Shown here one piece after another: positions 48,338 to 57,422 of a stretch of DNA of 64,000 bases; position 1 is the stretch's first letter, and the number at the start of each line of letters is the position of its first letter. The translations under genes were made by a program, and so were the position numbers. The notes beneath the pieces are model-generated. The model had not been told where the DNA came from, did not search any database, and was given only the letters and a program-made list of their open reading frames with translations. Origin of the DNA: Pseudomonadota bacterium (GTDB taxonomy: Bacteria > Desulfobacterota > UBA8473); NCBI GenBank assembly GCA_043825855.1, contig JBDRRJ010000009.1, positions 17,866-81,865 of the forward strand, given 5' to 3'.

Positions 48338-48465
48338 CTGACTGGGGTGGCCGACTAAAGCCATAGGTTTAATACTTTCAAAGAAAAAGAAAGAATAATA
48401 TAGGAGAGCAAAGGGGGAAGGGCGCTTTTTTAGTTTAAGACTGGTCGTATTGGGTTAAAGGATAC
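48338..48465. repeat. Repeat family R1, copy 1 (~125 bp). Other copies are at 50262..50300 (partial) and 50682..50803.
   Basis: ctgactggggtggccgactaaagccataggtttaatactttcaaagaaaaagaaagaataatataggagagcaaagggggaagggcgcttttttagtttaagactggtcgtattgggttaaagg, about 88% identical to copy 3. Confidence 0.65.
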
Positions 48466-48597
48466 AATGTAGAAATGGAAGATTGAATTATAAAATCCCT
48501 TTTGATAAACTCTGAAAAATTACCGAATTATTGAGCATATGTAATTGTCCAATTTTTCTGGATATCATTCCAAAAGTGATATTATCCAGCTAATTAT

Positions 48598-49083
48598 GTG
48601 GTAAAGTACAGAAAACTAGATACTAACTTGTTATACGGGATGAAGATGAAGAAGGCACAACCACAATGGCGATGGGAAGATGGCGTTGTGGATGATCGGA
48701 AAGAACACATTGAGCTTCGCCACGGGAACGCAATGGAAACCCCATATGAGGACTGGTTGCCCGTTGCTCGAATTGGAAAACCAAAGGAAAAGGTCTTCCC
48801 CGTGCAATGGTTGGTCAAACTGGACTCTCCGGAAGATCAGGTCATGTTGGCCGATGCACGCCGGGAACTGGACTTTTATTTGGTCGAGAAAGGTGAACCC
48901 GACCCCTGGGCCTATGCTTATTACCACTGTAATACGGGGGCGAACATGTACTCGCGCATACATTGGTCGTTTTTCCCCGACGGACGGGACGGTAAGCGGG
49001 TGTCAAGCCTTGTAATAGAACTCTCGGCCAAACAGGCGGAAGAACTGTTCGGAAAACCGCAGAAGACGAATGCAGGGAAGTGA
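48598..49083 (+). CDS. Hypothetical protein, relatively GC-rich compared with its neighbours
   Basis: 161-aa ORF with no recognised domain. Confidence 0.35.
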   Translation: MVKYRKLDTNLLYGMKMKKAQPQWRWEDGVVDDRKEHIELRHGNAMETPYEDWLPVARIGKPKEKVFPVQWLVKLDSPEDQVMLADARRELDFYLVEKGEPDPWAYAYYHCNTGANMYSRIHWSFFPDGRDGKRVSSLVIELSAKQAEELFGKPQKTNAGK

Positions 49084-49295
49084 GTTATGGACTATGGCAA
49101 CCGATGATGGGGCTACTACCGCATTCGATTGTAGCCTGAGGAGATCGAGAAGCACAAATAGATCCTATCTGAAGTGATTGCTGAGGCCTATGCGACAGGT
49201 GGTTAGAAATAAAAGCCGAACCAAACGTTGGAGACTATGCGGTAAACCGCGCTCCTCAACACTATCGTTATATGGTTCCTAAAACTAGATGAACT

Positions 49296-50006
49296 ATGAA
49301 CACTGAAAAACTATATGCGCGCCTTGTCCAGATTTGGGAGAGTACTTTCGAGGACGACTACGATACCCTGGTGCCTCTCGTTCCTGTGCCACCGAAGGCA
49401 CATTGTCTCCTTTTTGTTGGTTTGAATCCCTCCTTCAATCCCAGTGCTATTCGCAGATTGCTACCCGCGGAAAAGCGAATCGAACCTAGCACTTACTTCC
49501 ATTGGAGGAACAGACGAACATTCGACCCACAGGTTGACGTCTGCTTGCACGAACATGCTAAGAAAGAATATGTGTATTTCTCGCGCTTTCACAAGCTTTC
49601 GTCCATAGTCGGAGTCGACTGGGACCATATTGATATCTGCTTTTATCGTGAGACCTCTCAAGCCAAAACGCGAAGTAGAATAATCGAGAAGGAATCGACT
49701 CACAAACTAACGGACTTTGGAGAAAAGCAATTCAATCTGTCTATGCAGCTGATTGCGGAGGCAGAACCAAGATGCATCATCGTGGCCAACGCTCTTGCAA
49801 GTAACATCTACAGAATTAAGAACAGACTGAAGTTCTCGCCATCGCGCGGATGTTACCCACAGGTGATCTGCGGTAGGGAGTTGCCAGTTTTCCTTTCGTC
49901 CATGCTCACAGGCCAGAGAGCTTTGGACAACTACTCATTTGAGCGTCTCGCTTGGCACGTTTGTCGTGAGCTGGGCATACCAATGAATTATAGCGGAACC
50001 ACATAA
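49296..50006 (+). CDS. Possible UDG-superfamily (Mug/TDG-like) DNA glycosylase-fold protein
   Basis: CLLFVGLNPSFNPS resembles the Mug motif VVFCGINPGLSSA. Later segments (CIIVANALASNIY…, …VICGRELPVFLSS…) parallel the Mug β4/β5 region. Weak call. Confidence 0.3.
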   Translation: MNTEKLYARLVQIWESTFEDDYDTLVPLVPVPPKAHCLLFVGLNPSFNPSAIRRLLPAEKRIEPSTYFHWRNRRTFDPQVDVCLHEHAKKEYVYFSRFHKLSSIVGVDWDHIDICFYRETSQAKTRSRIIEKESTHKLTDFGEKQFNLSMQLIAEAEPRCIIVANALASNIYRIKNRLKFSPSRGCYPQVICGRELPVFLSSMLTGQRALDNYSFERLAWHVCRELGIPMNYSGTT

Positions 50007-50261
50007 CCATTCATTCCAGACCAACACTGGGGACTAGCGTTGATTGGATAGTCAAGGACACCCCAGCCCAGCACACTTTTTGAGAAATTTCGCCTCTTGG
50101 GTACAGCTTTACAAAAGGAGTTCAAAAAAGAAAAAACACTGGATTTTACCTGCTATTTGAGGTATAAGTAAGTGGATGGTTAATTAAACAGTGATGATTT
50201 TGTAAACCCTAAACACAGAGGGGTAATTATGAGGGCGTCTTTCTTTAGTTTCTGAGATTGC

Positions 50262-50300
50262 AGAGAGCAAAGAGGAAGGGCGCTTTTTTGTTTATGGCTG
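50262..50300. repeat. Repeat family R1, partial copy 2
   Basis: agagagcaaagaggaagggcgcttttttgtttatggctg. Confidence 0.5.
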
Positions 50301-50312
50301 GGCTATTCGTTT

Positions 50313-50552
50313 ATGAAGACCAAAACAAAATACACTGATGAACCTATTGGTGAGCTAAGAGTTGTTAAGGATTTTCTCCCCTCACCAGACCAGTTGGTAT
50401 TGAAAGAAGACAACGTCAAGGTTACAATCTCGCTTAAAAAATCGAGCATTGATTTTTTCAAAGAACAGGCAAAGGAACACAGAACATCCTATCAGAAAAT
50501 GATAAGGGAGGTTGTCGACTGGTACGCCTCAAATTATCGAAAGAACCCATAA
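50313..50552 (+). CDS. BrnA-like (COG3514/DUF4415) antitoxin-family protein, apparently orphan because no BrnT/DUF497 partner lies upstream
   Basis: …YTDEPIGELRVVKDFLPSPDQL…KVTISLKKSSIDFFKEQAKEHRTSYQKMIREVVDWYASNY. Confidence 0.5.
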   Translation: MKTKTKYTDEPIGELRVVKDFLPSPDQLVLKEDNVKVTISLKKSSIDFFKEQAKEHRTSYQKMIREVVDWYASNYRKNP

Positions 50553-50681
50553 CATCAGCTTGGATAAGAGTGCTCATTCCGTTGCACTCTATTCGTACCT
50601 GTCAAGCTCCGGAAGATTTTATGTACCAATTGACCAAAGACGAGTTCGAAAACTCGAAATCGCAAATTGCGATATCAAGCT

Positions 50682-50803
50682 CTGACTGGGATGGCAGACG
50701 AAAGCCATAGGTTTTATACTTGCAGAGAAAAAGAAATAATAATTTAGGGGAGCAAAGAGGGGGGCTTTTTTGGTTTAAGCCTGGTTTGTTCGGTTAAAGA
50801 ATA
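50682..50803. repeat. Repeat family R1, copy 3
   Basis: ctgactgggatggcagacgaaagccataggttttatacttgcagagaaaaagaaataataatttaggggagcaaagaggggggcttttttggtttaagcctggtttgttcggttaaag. Confidence 0.65.
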
Positions 50804-51146
50804 AAAATAGACATATCGCTGCATACTTTGATCTTGGTTAGGAAGAAATCAATGCCATAAACCAATTACTACAAGTAGAAAAGTAAGGAATTAACAAAAT
50901 AGATTCAAACATCACAGGCTTCAACCTTTGGATAAATTCAGGCGAAAGTTAAGGGCAGGGAGTTTTTCGCTGTCGCATTCATTTAATACCCGACAAATCA
51001 GCTGATGTTGATTAGCCAAGAGGTGGAGCGAGAAATTTATGTCCTGTAAAGTAAATTACTAATCAATCCAATAATTCGCTACATAGGACATTGGCGCTAT
51101 TTTGCCTCTTTATGTGAGGTTAACCTTTAGATGTTAAGGGAAAATA

Positions 51147-52352
51147 ATGAAAGCAGAACTAATCTTAAAATTGTTTGACGCTTTTAATATCCAAAGATGG
51201 AATGACCAGGTTAGACCCACAGATTTGGTTGAAATCGATAAGCATGGGCACAAAATGGCAATCGCTTATTGTCTTGCTATGTGTGAAAGTGAAATTAATG
51301 GGGCTAAAATTAGTTGGGAAGATATAATTAAAGGAGGTGTTTATGAATTACTTCGTCGTACAGCACTCTCAGATATAAAATCTCCGGTTTATAGACTTAT
51401 CAAGAACGAATTTCCTGATGCATACAGAGAAATGAACTCTTGGGCATGGAGTGAATTGGAATTATGCCTTGAAGATGGAGAAATGAAAACGGAAATTGAG
51501 TCATATTTGGTGAATGGTCACACTCTTGAAAATACTGCTTGCAGGATTTTAGATGCAGCACATGTTTTTGCAAGCTATTGGGAATGGCAAATCATTCGAA
51601 ACCTAAACCCAGCTTCTCCCTATATTGTTATATTGGATGAAAGGGTAAATAACGACCTCGAAGAGCATATGGATTTAGTGGGAATAAAGAAATTGGTATC
51701 TAGACAAAAGCTACTTCGCTTTATTGACATTGTTGGTAGATTACGATTTCAGGTTCGTTGGGGGCAAACATTAAGGCTTCCCAAGACTTCTGTGTTGGGG
51801 CACAGTATGTTTGTTGCATGTCTAACCTATTTTTTGACAAGGCAATTTAATGCATGTGAAGAACGAATAAAAAACAATTTTTTCGGGGGCCTATTTCATG
51901 ATCTCCCTGAGTCAGTAACAAGAGACATTATTTCGCCAGTAAGAAAAGGAGTAAAGGGATTGGAGGGTGTTATAAAAAAAATCGAAACCAGTTTAATGGA
52001 GAAAGAAGTCTTTCAATATTTAGATACCGCATGTAAAGACGAAATGTCTTATTATACAACTGACGAATATTGCTGCAAGATTAAAATTGACAGCGCAGTG
52101 TCCAAAAAATCTATTGATGAAATTAACAGAGAATACAACCAAAACAAATATCACCCTATAGATGGAGAACTTATTGAGGTTGCAGACAAGCTATCTGCTT
52201 ACGTAGAAGCTAGGCTTGCATTAAAAAATGGCTTCCAATCCGAACACCTTAAACATGGTGAAGAGTCCTTAAGTAGTCAATATAATGAATTTCGCATTGC
52301 CGGGATAGATGTTGGTGCCCTTTTTAAAAAAGTAAATGACCTAACAAAATAG
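51147..52352 (+). CDS. Tandem HD-domain protein: an N-terminal degenerate (pseudo) HD domain plus a C-terminal intact YfbR-like HD phosphohydrolase (5-prime-deoxynucleotidase-type) domain
   Basis: C-terminal half: RW…LGHSMFVA…GGLFHDLPESVTRDIISPV…ELIEVADKLSAYVEA (H, HD, E, D, D all present). The N-terminal half aligns to it (RW…HGHKMAIA…GGVYELLRRTALSDIKSPV), but HD has been replaced by YE. Confidence 0.65.
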   Translation: MKAELILKLFDAFNIQRWNDQVRPTDLVEIDKHGHKMAIAYCLAMCESEINGAKISWEDIIKGGVYELLRRTALSDIKSPVYRLIKNEFPDAYREMNSWAWSELELCLEDGEMKTEIESYLVNGHTLENTACRILDAAHVFASYWEWQIIRNLNPASPYIVILDERVNNDLEEHMDLVGIKKLVSRQKLLRFIDIVGRLRFQVRWGQTLRLPKTSVLGHSMFVACLTYFLTRQFNACEERIKNNFFGGLFHDLPESVTRDIISPVRKGVKGLEGVIKKIETSLMEKEVFQYLDTACKDEMSYYTTDEYCCKIKIDSAVSKKSIDEINREYNQNKYHPIDGELIEVADKLSAYVEARLALKNGFQSEHLKHGEESLSSQYNEFRIAGIDVGALFKKVNDLTK

Positions 52353-52488
52353 CACCTTTAATCAAGAAAGAGTCAAGTAAAGATTTTAATGATACTAGAA
52401 TACTTCATTGCATAGAGTCATAAAGTAATCCATCGTTTTGTGAATTTTAGATGTCATCAGAATTATAGACAAAAAGAATAGAGCTAAT

Positions 52489-53616
52489 ATGAAAAACATA
52501 TTCTTCCTTTATATTCCTCCAAACAATAACGAAGCAATAATCCACTACCAAGACACAATTATAAACAAAGTCCCACAAGAGCAAATATTTAGATTAGTTG
52601 ACCAAAATTTAAAAAACTACTTGAGACATGTCTTTCAAGACAAACGAATTGCTGTTTGGGGATCACGAAATACTCCCTCCAACAAATCGAAGTTTGAAAA
52701 AATGGAAGCAGGTGACAATATCCTTATTGTCGAAGGTGAAACAGTAAAACTGTTAGGTTATATCGCTGCAACAACGATCAATCAGGATCTGTCAAGAGAG
52801 CTGTGGAAAAATATAGACGGTAGATATTCAGAAGGATGGGATCTGATTTACTTTATTTCAAACCCCTTAGAGATTGATCTCCCTTTCGCAGAAATAAATA
52901 AACTCTTAGAGTATGAACCAACGTATCGGCTACATGGATTTACAATCGTTGGTAAAGAAAAGCTCAAAGAGTTTTACAAGCAGTATGATGATTTATACTC
53001 AATTCTGCAGCGCATCAAATCGGGTGATCGGGTTATTCGCCGGGATCAGGAAATATTAACCGAAGTTCCTCATGAGGTGCACGAAGACCTAAAATCTTAT
53101 GGTGAATCAGAAATATCACAGCATTTAGAGATGCAGTGGAAATTGATTAATTTGGGGAAAAAGACCGGATCAAAGGTCTGGGTTCCAAAGAATGATCAGA
53201 AAAAAATTGTCGATACATATGGTTATACCGATTTTGAGCAGGAATTTTCTTCTGGGATAGACTTACAAGCAAAGTATGTCGAAAATATCGATGTGATTTG
53301 GAAAGAGGAATTCAGGATAGATGCTGCCTTTGAAATAGAGCACTCAACGGGTATTTATTCAGGGCTACTCAGATTTTCTGATTTAAAGATTGTGGCACCC
53401 AATAGCCAGTATCCATTGTTCATTGTTGCCCCAATTTCACAGCGAAACAGATTAAAAGAGCAGATTAATCGACCAACCTTTAAAAAGATGGATTTTATAC
53501 ATAATGTCAAATATTTGTCATATGAGATTGTTAGTGAGATTGACAAATTTTTTGAAAAATCTAACAGTGGTTTAACTGTAGAACTTCTAATTGGCAAATC
53601 TGAAATCATAACATAA
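52489..53616 (+). CDS. Two-domain protein: N-terminal EVE/PUA-like domain and a C-terminal nuclease-like (candidate PD-(D/E)xK) domain. Putative modification-dependent nuclease.
   Basis: N-terminus: …RIAVWGSRNTPSNKSKFEKMEAGDNILIVEGETVKLLGYIAAT, matching the EVE pattern W-G-v-R-N…M…GD.vl…iG. C-terminus: …IDVIWKEEFRIDAAFEIEHSTG…LFIVAP, with D…ExE on alternating β/α elements. Confidence 0.4.
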   Translation: MKNIFFLYIPPNNNEAIIHYQDTIINKVPQEQIFRLVDQNLKNYLRHVFQDKRIAVWGSRNTPSNKSKFEKMEAGDNILIVEGETVKLLGYIAATTINQDLSRELWKNIDGRYSEGWDLIYFISNPLEIDLPFAEINKLLEYEPTYRLHGFTIVGKEKLKEFYKQYDDLYSILQRIKSGDRVIRRDQEILTEVPHEVHEDLKSYGESEISQHLEMQWKLINLGKKTGSKVWVPKNDQKKIVDTYGYTDFEQEFSSGIDLQAKYVENIDVIWKEEFRIDAAFEIEHSTGIYSGLLRFSDLKIVAPNSQYPLFIVAPISQRNRLKEQINRPTFKKMDFIHNVKYLSYEIVSEIDKFFEKSNSGLTVELLIGKSEIIT

Positions 53617-53734
53617 TTCTCTAATGTTGACCCTTTACAAGATTTGGAGAACAGATATTACACAAACTGCTATGCAGTTTGATAGTAGATATGAATATAA
53701 ATTAAGAGGGTCTAAGAAATAGCGACAGCGCCTA

Positions 53735-53778
53735 TTTAATTTGACACACAAAAAAGATGGGATTTTCTCTATTGTAAA
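53735..53778. repeat. Repeat family R2, copy a: TTTAATTTGACACACAAAAAAGATGGGATTTTCTCTATTGTAAA. It contains TTGACA and sits upstream of the zinc-ribbon ORF.
   Basis: Read directly. The other copies are at 54129..54171 and 60108..60146. Confidence 0.6.
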
Positions 53779-53836
53779 TAATGAAATTGAAAATTAAAAG
53801 ATTGGAAGCTACCAATTACAGAAAAAGGGGGATAAA

Positions 53837-54058
53837 ATGGCGAATCTCTCAGGGCCACAACCAGAAATAAAATACTGTCCAATTTGTAAGTCCAATCTAA
53901 GAAATGTACCAAGAAATGAAATGAAATCCAAAGGCCATGTTAGAAAAGACGGCACGGTGTCCAAGCACACACATACATATGACTGTAGTAGTTGTAGAAA
54001 TCGATTTGTAATAAACCAAAACAGACTAAAAATACAACAAAGTCTATTACTGTTTTGA
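53837..54058 (+). CDS. Small zinc-ribbon protein (CPIC…CSSC)
   Basis: 73 aa with an RBS (aaaaaggggga). KYCPICKSNL…YDCSSCRNRF. Confidence 0.4.
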   Translation: MANLSGPQPEIKYCPICKSNLRNVPRNEMKSKGHVRKDGTVSKHTHTYDCSSCRNRFVINQNRLKIQQSLLLF

Positions 54059-54128
54059 ACCATTTTTCGATAGAAATGACCCACGTAAAAGAAGGGAGAG
54101 ACACTAGAAATTGTAGGTACAGCAAACA

Positions 54129-54171
54129 TTTAATTTGATACACAAAAAGAAGGGATTTTCTCTATTGTAAA
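54129..54171. repeat. Repeat family R2, copy b
   Basis: tttaatttgatacacaaaaagaagggattttctctattgtaaa. Confidence 0.6.
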
Positions 54172-54410
54172 GACAGGAGTTCGGTAAGCTTTTTGGCCAG
54201 ATCCCTCTCTCTTCAAACTCTAACCAATTAGAAAGGAAACCCCTCCGACTATTTTTCAGCCCATTTCAAAATAGTCTTGACTATTTTTCAACTTGTCGAG
54301 AGAAGCGAAGTCTACCGTACGGTGCCAAATGGAGACCAGTATATACTCATCGCTCCGGCATATCAGTGGCTTTCAAGTTTACCTTAGTTTGACTGGGGAG
54401 AGTTTTTCTT

Positions 54411-54650
54411 TTGATTAAACATTCTTGTAGAGTAACCGCATATTCCGGCTATAAAGCAAATGAAAGACCGCTGTCTTTTACCGTTGATAATCAAAGGCTT
54501 GGAGTCCGGGATATTGTATGCAGGTGGTCGGAGCCGGAGAAGGATTTCTTTAAAGTAATTGCTGATGATGGTAAAGAATACACCCTTAGCTGGAATCGGA
54601 AATCGGATATGTGGCTTATTGAAGAGATTTCTGAAAAACAGTGCGAATAA
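54411..54650 (+). CDS. Small conserved hypothetical protein (79 aa), paralogue of 60156..60362. The track start is a TTG.
   Basis: The shared core VTAYSGYKANERPLSFTVDNQRLGVRDIVCRWSEPEKDFFKVIADD is about 88% identical at the DNA level to the 60-kb copy. Confidence 0.4.
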   Translation: MIKHSCRVTAYSGYKANERPLSFTVDNQRLGVRDIVCRWSEPEKDFFKVIADDGKEYTLSWNRKSDMWLIEEISEKQCE

Positions 54651-54894
54651 TTTACCGGGTTCTGCAAAAAATACTATGTCTTGTTTTTACATTTAAACCT
54701 ATTTATGTAAAGTTAGTGCCCTTTTATTTACATTGAATCCCTATAATGTAAACAAGATGCTTAACCCTTTGAATGGGACATGGAAAAATAGTTTTCTTGG
54801 TTAAATATACAGGAACAACTAAAAAATTTAACCCGTAAGTCAAATTATCACAAATAACTTGACTTGAACTCCAAATTATCATATAAGAGAACCT

Positions 54895-56049
54895 ATGGGC
54901 AAGACACTCATAATAGAAAGAATTCAAGACATTAAACTGCCTTCCGATAGATCGGCTTTCCTCTGGGGTCCCAGAAAGACAGGCAAGACTACCCTTTTAA
55001 AACAGAAATTTCCTGATGCCTGTTGGATAGATCTTCTGGATCATGATATTTATTTAGCCCTCAGCCGGAAACCCACCAGCCTGAAACAGATTCTGGAAGC
55101 GCAATCTTCCAGACTTGTTGTCATTGATGAGGTGCAAAAGATCCCAAGTCTCATGGATGAAATCCACTGGCTTATGGAAAACAGAGACTACCAGTTTATA
55201 CTTTCAGGCTCAAGCGCAAGGAAACTGATAAGGTCAACAGTGAATCTCCTTGGCGGCAGGGCATGGCGTTTTGAGCTTTATCCCCTTGTCACTCATGAAC
55301 TCAAGGAAAAATTTCATCTGGAAAAAGCCCTTCTTCACGGACTCCTGCCTTCCCATTACCTATCAACCAACAGTGAAATGGATTTAAAGTCCTATGTCTT
55401 TGATTATCTGAAAGAGGAGATACAGGCAGAGGCCCTTACCCGTAATATACCCGCCTTTTCCAGATTTCTGGATTCTGCCGCAGCTACGAATGGTATGCTG
55501 CTTAACTATTCAAATGCTGCCAGAGAAGCGGGTGTCTCGGTTAAGACCATAAGGGAATATTACCAGATACTCGAAGATACGCTTATAGGATGTCAATTAC
55601 CCTCATGGAAGAAATCAAAAAAGAGGAGATTGATTGAGACATCCAAGTTTTATTTTTTTGATACAGGGATTGTCTCCGCAATTTTACAATACAGGACGCT
55701 TCATCCAGCTACTGATAATTTCGGACGAGCCTTTGAGCATTTCATCTTCCAAGAATGCAGGGCATACAGGCATTACAGCCGTTTGGATTTTCCGATTCAT
55801 TTTTGGAGGACCGCCGGAGGATCGGAAGTAGATCTTATCCTTGGTGATGCTGAAATTGCGATAGAAATTAAATCATCTGAAAATGCGGGTGATAGGACAA
55901 AGGGTATTCATCTGTTCAAAGAGGAATTCAAATGCAAAAATGCCTTCATTGTCTCAAGAGACCCTGTTCCAAGGAAAATAACCTCAGATATAACAGTGTT
56001 GCCATGGAAGACCTTCTGTGAAATGCTCTGGAATGGTGATATTATTTGA
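54895..56049 (+). CDS. AAA+ ATPase of the COG1373 type (ATPase domain plus DUF4143)
   Basis: Walker A GPRKTGKTT, Walker B VVIDEVQ, and a C-terminal DUF4143-like region (…FYFFDTGI…). Confidence 0.75.
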   Translation: MGKTLIIERIQDIKLPSDRSAFLWGPRKTGKTTLLKQKFPDACWIDLLDHDIYLALSRKPTSLKQILEAQSSRLVVIDEVQKIPSLMDEIHWLMENRDYQFILSGSSARKLIRSTVNLLGGRAWRFELYPLVTHELKEKFHLEKALLHGLLPSHYLSTNSEMDLKSYVFDYLKEEIQAEALTRNIPAFSRFLDSAAATNGMLLNYSNAAREAGVSVKTIREYYQILEDTLIGCQLPSWKKSKKRRLIETSKFYFFDTGIVSAILQYRTLHPATDNFGRAFEHFIFQECRAYRHYSRLDFPIHFWRTAGGSEVDLILGDAEIAIEIKSSENAGDRTKGIHLFKEEFKCKNAFIVSRDPVPRKITSDITVLPWKTFCEMLWNGDII

Positions 56050-56081
56050 CTCGACTCCTTGCAGGCTTCATTTGCGCTCCT

Positions 56082-57422
56082 TTACTTCCTTAGCTCCGCT
56101 AAAATGGTTAATCTTTCAACTGGAATACGTTTCTTAATGTCCTCCACAACCATCCTGGCGCTCTGAACCGCGCCGCTCACACCGGGGTACTCTGCTGGCT
56201 CAACACCATCCCCTACATTGTAGAGATTTTCCACTAAAGTCGTTTGTGGCATACGATAATCGGGCCAGCTCCTGATTACGGGCCACTCCCCGCTGAAACA
56301 GGACACGTGCAGGATCTCTGCATGGGCATCGAATCCGGGGATGTTGTCCTTCAGGTCCATAATGAGCAGGTCGATTTCTTTCTTGAAGTCCACAGGCCCC
56401 AGGCAATTCTCCGGCGCAGAGAAACCATGTATATAGTATCTGCCCGGTGGCGAATGTTCGGGGCAGGTTTGATTGGAATTGAATATGATATTGAGTCTGC
56501 GAGCCTCTGTGATCAAAAGGGTTCCGGGACAATCTATAAGAGGCCTGTCGCTGGATAGGGCAACCCCTGTTACCGGAATGGGCCGCAGGAAATTAGCCAT
56601 CTGCATCAGGTATCCACGGTCGAAGTTTTCTTCGCCGGTCAACTGTACCGTCTTCTTTGGCCCGGCATTGCTGATTACCACACCGGCTTCTATCTCGGCC
56701 TGCTCTCCATTCTTCTCAACCACCACTCCCCGGACCTTCCCTTCCGTCACTGTGATCCGCTTGACAGAACACTGCGTCCACACCTCACCGCCCTTCGCCC
56801 GAATGGCCTGGGCCAGCGAATTCATAAGACTCTCGGCGCCGTCAGGGGGATAACCGAACTGGGTTGGATTACTTGTCTTTAAAAAACGAAAAAATTTCCC
56901 GGCTGAAATCTCATGGCTGTTTACGGTATGCCAGGCTGTAATCAATGCCCGAAATATGCCCAGGATCCTGGGATTCTGAGTATACTGCATCAGCCAGTCC
57001 CGAAAAGATATCATGGTCGAAGGCTCATGCCACGAGATGGCCTTCTGAATGGCATCAAGCACTCTTTTTGCCTCTGTCTCATCCTCGGCAGCAGCAGAAA
57101 TCAGATATTTCAATCTTCCCCGCACGGGTATTTCATAATCCTTTCCCCCGACCCTGTAATGGGATTGGGGATCAGGGCAACGAAGCTTGTACTCCGCACC
57201 TATCTCCCGGAAAATCTCCGGTACGACCCCCTCGGCCGGCAACCAGAGCGCCCCTGTAGGTAACATATAGCCCTTGTAATCCATACTGGAGAATCGACCA
57301 CCCAGTCGAGGCAGCTTCTCAACCAGCAGGGTTTTATAACCGGCACAAGTTAAAAGGGCTGTCGCCGATAATCCACCTATGCCTGACCCTATAACAATCG
57401 CGTCATACGTCTTGTTAGCCAT
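56082..57422 (-). CDS. FAD/NAD(P)-binding oxidoreductase (phytoene-desaturase-like fold). Start trimmed to MANKTYD.
   Basis: YDAIVIGSGIGGLSATALLTCAGYKTLLVEK…GGR dinucleotide-binding motif. Confidence 0.7.
   Translation of the reverse strand: MANKTYDAIVIGSGIGGLSATALLTCAGYKTLLVEKLPRLGGRFSSMDYKGYMLPTGALWLPAEGVVPEIFREIGAEYKLRCPDPQSHYRVGGKDYEIPVRGRLKYLISAAAEDETEAKRVLDAIQKAISWHEPSTMISFRDWLMQYTQNPRILGIFRALITAWHTVNSHEISAGKFFRFLKTSNPTQFGYPPDGAESLMNSLAQAIRAKGGEVWTQCSVKRITVTEGKVRGVVVEKNGEQAEIEAGVVISNAGPKKTVQLTGEENFDRGYLMQMANFLRPIPVTGVALSSDRPLIDCPGTLLITEARRLNIIFNSNQTCPEHSPPGRYYIHGFSAPENCLGPVDFKKEIDLLIMDLKDNIPGFDAHAEILHVSCFSGEWPVIRSWPDYRMPQTTLVENLYNVGDGVEPAEYPGVSGAVQSARMVVEDIKKRIPVERLTILAELRK

Noticed and set aside
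48338-50803. R1 repeats as integron attC sites
   Set aside because: No R''/R' core sites (RYYYAAC … GTTRRRY) and no extended imperfect palindrome could be found. No intI is present in the window.
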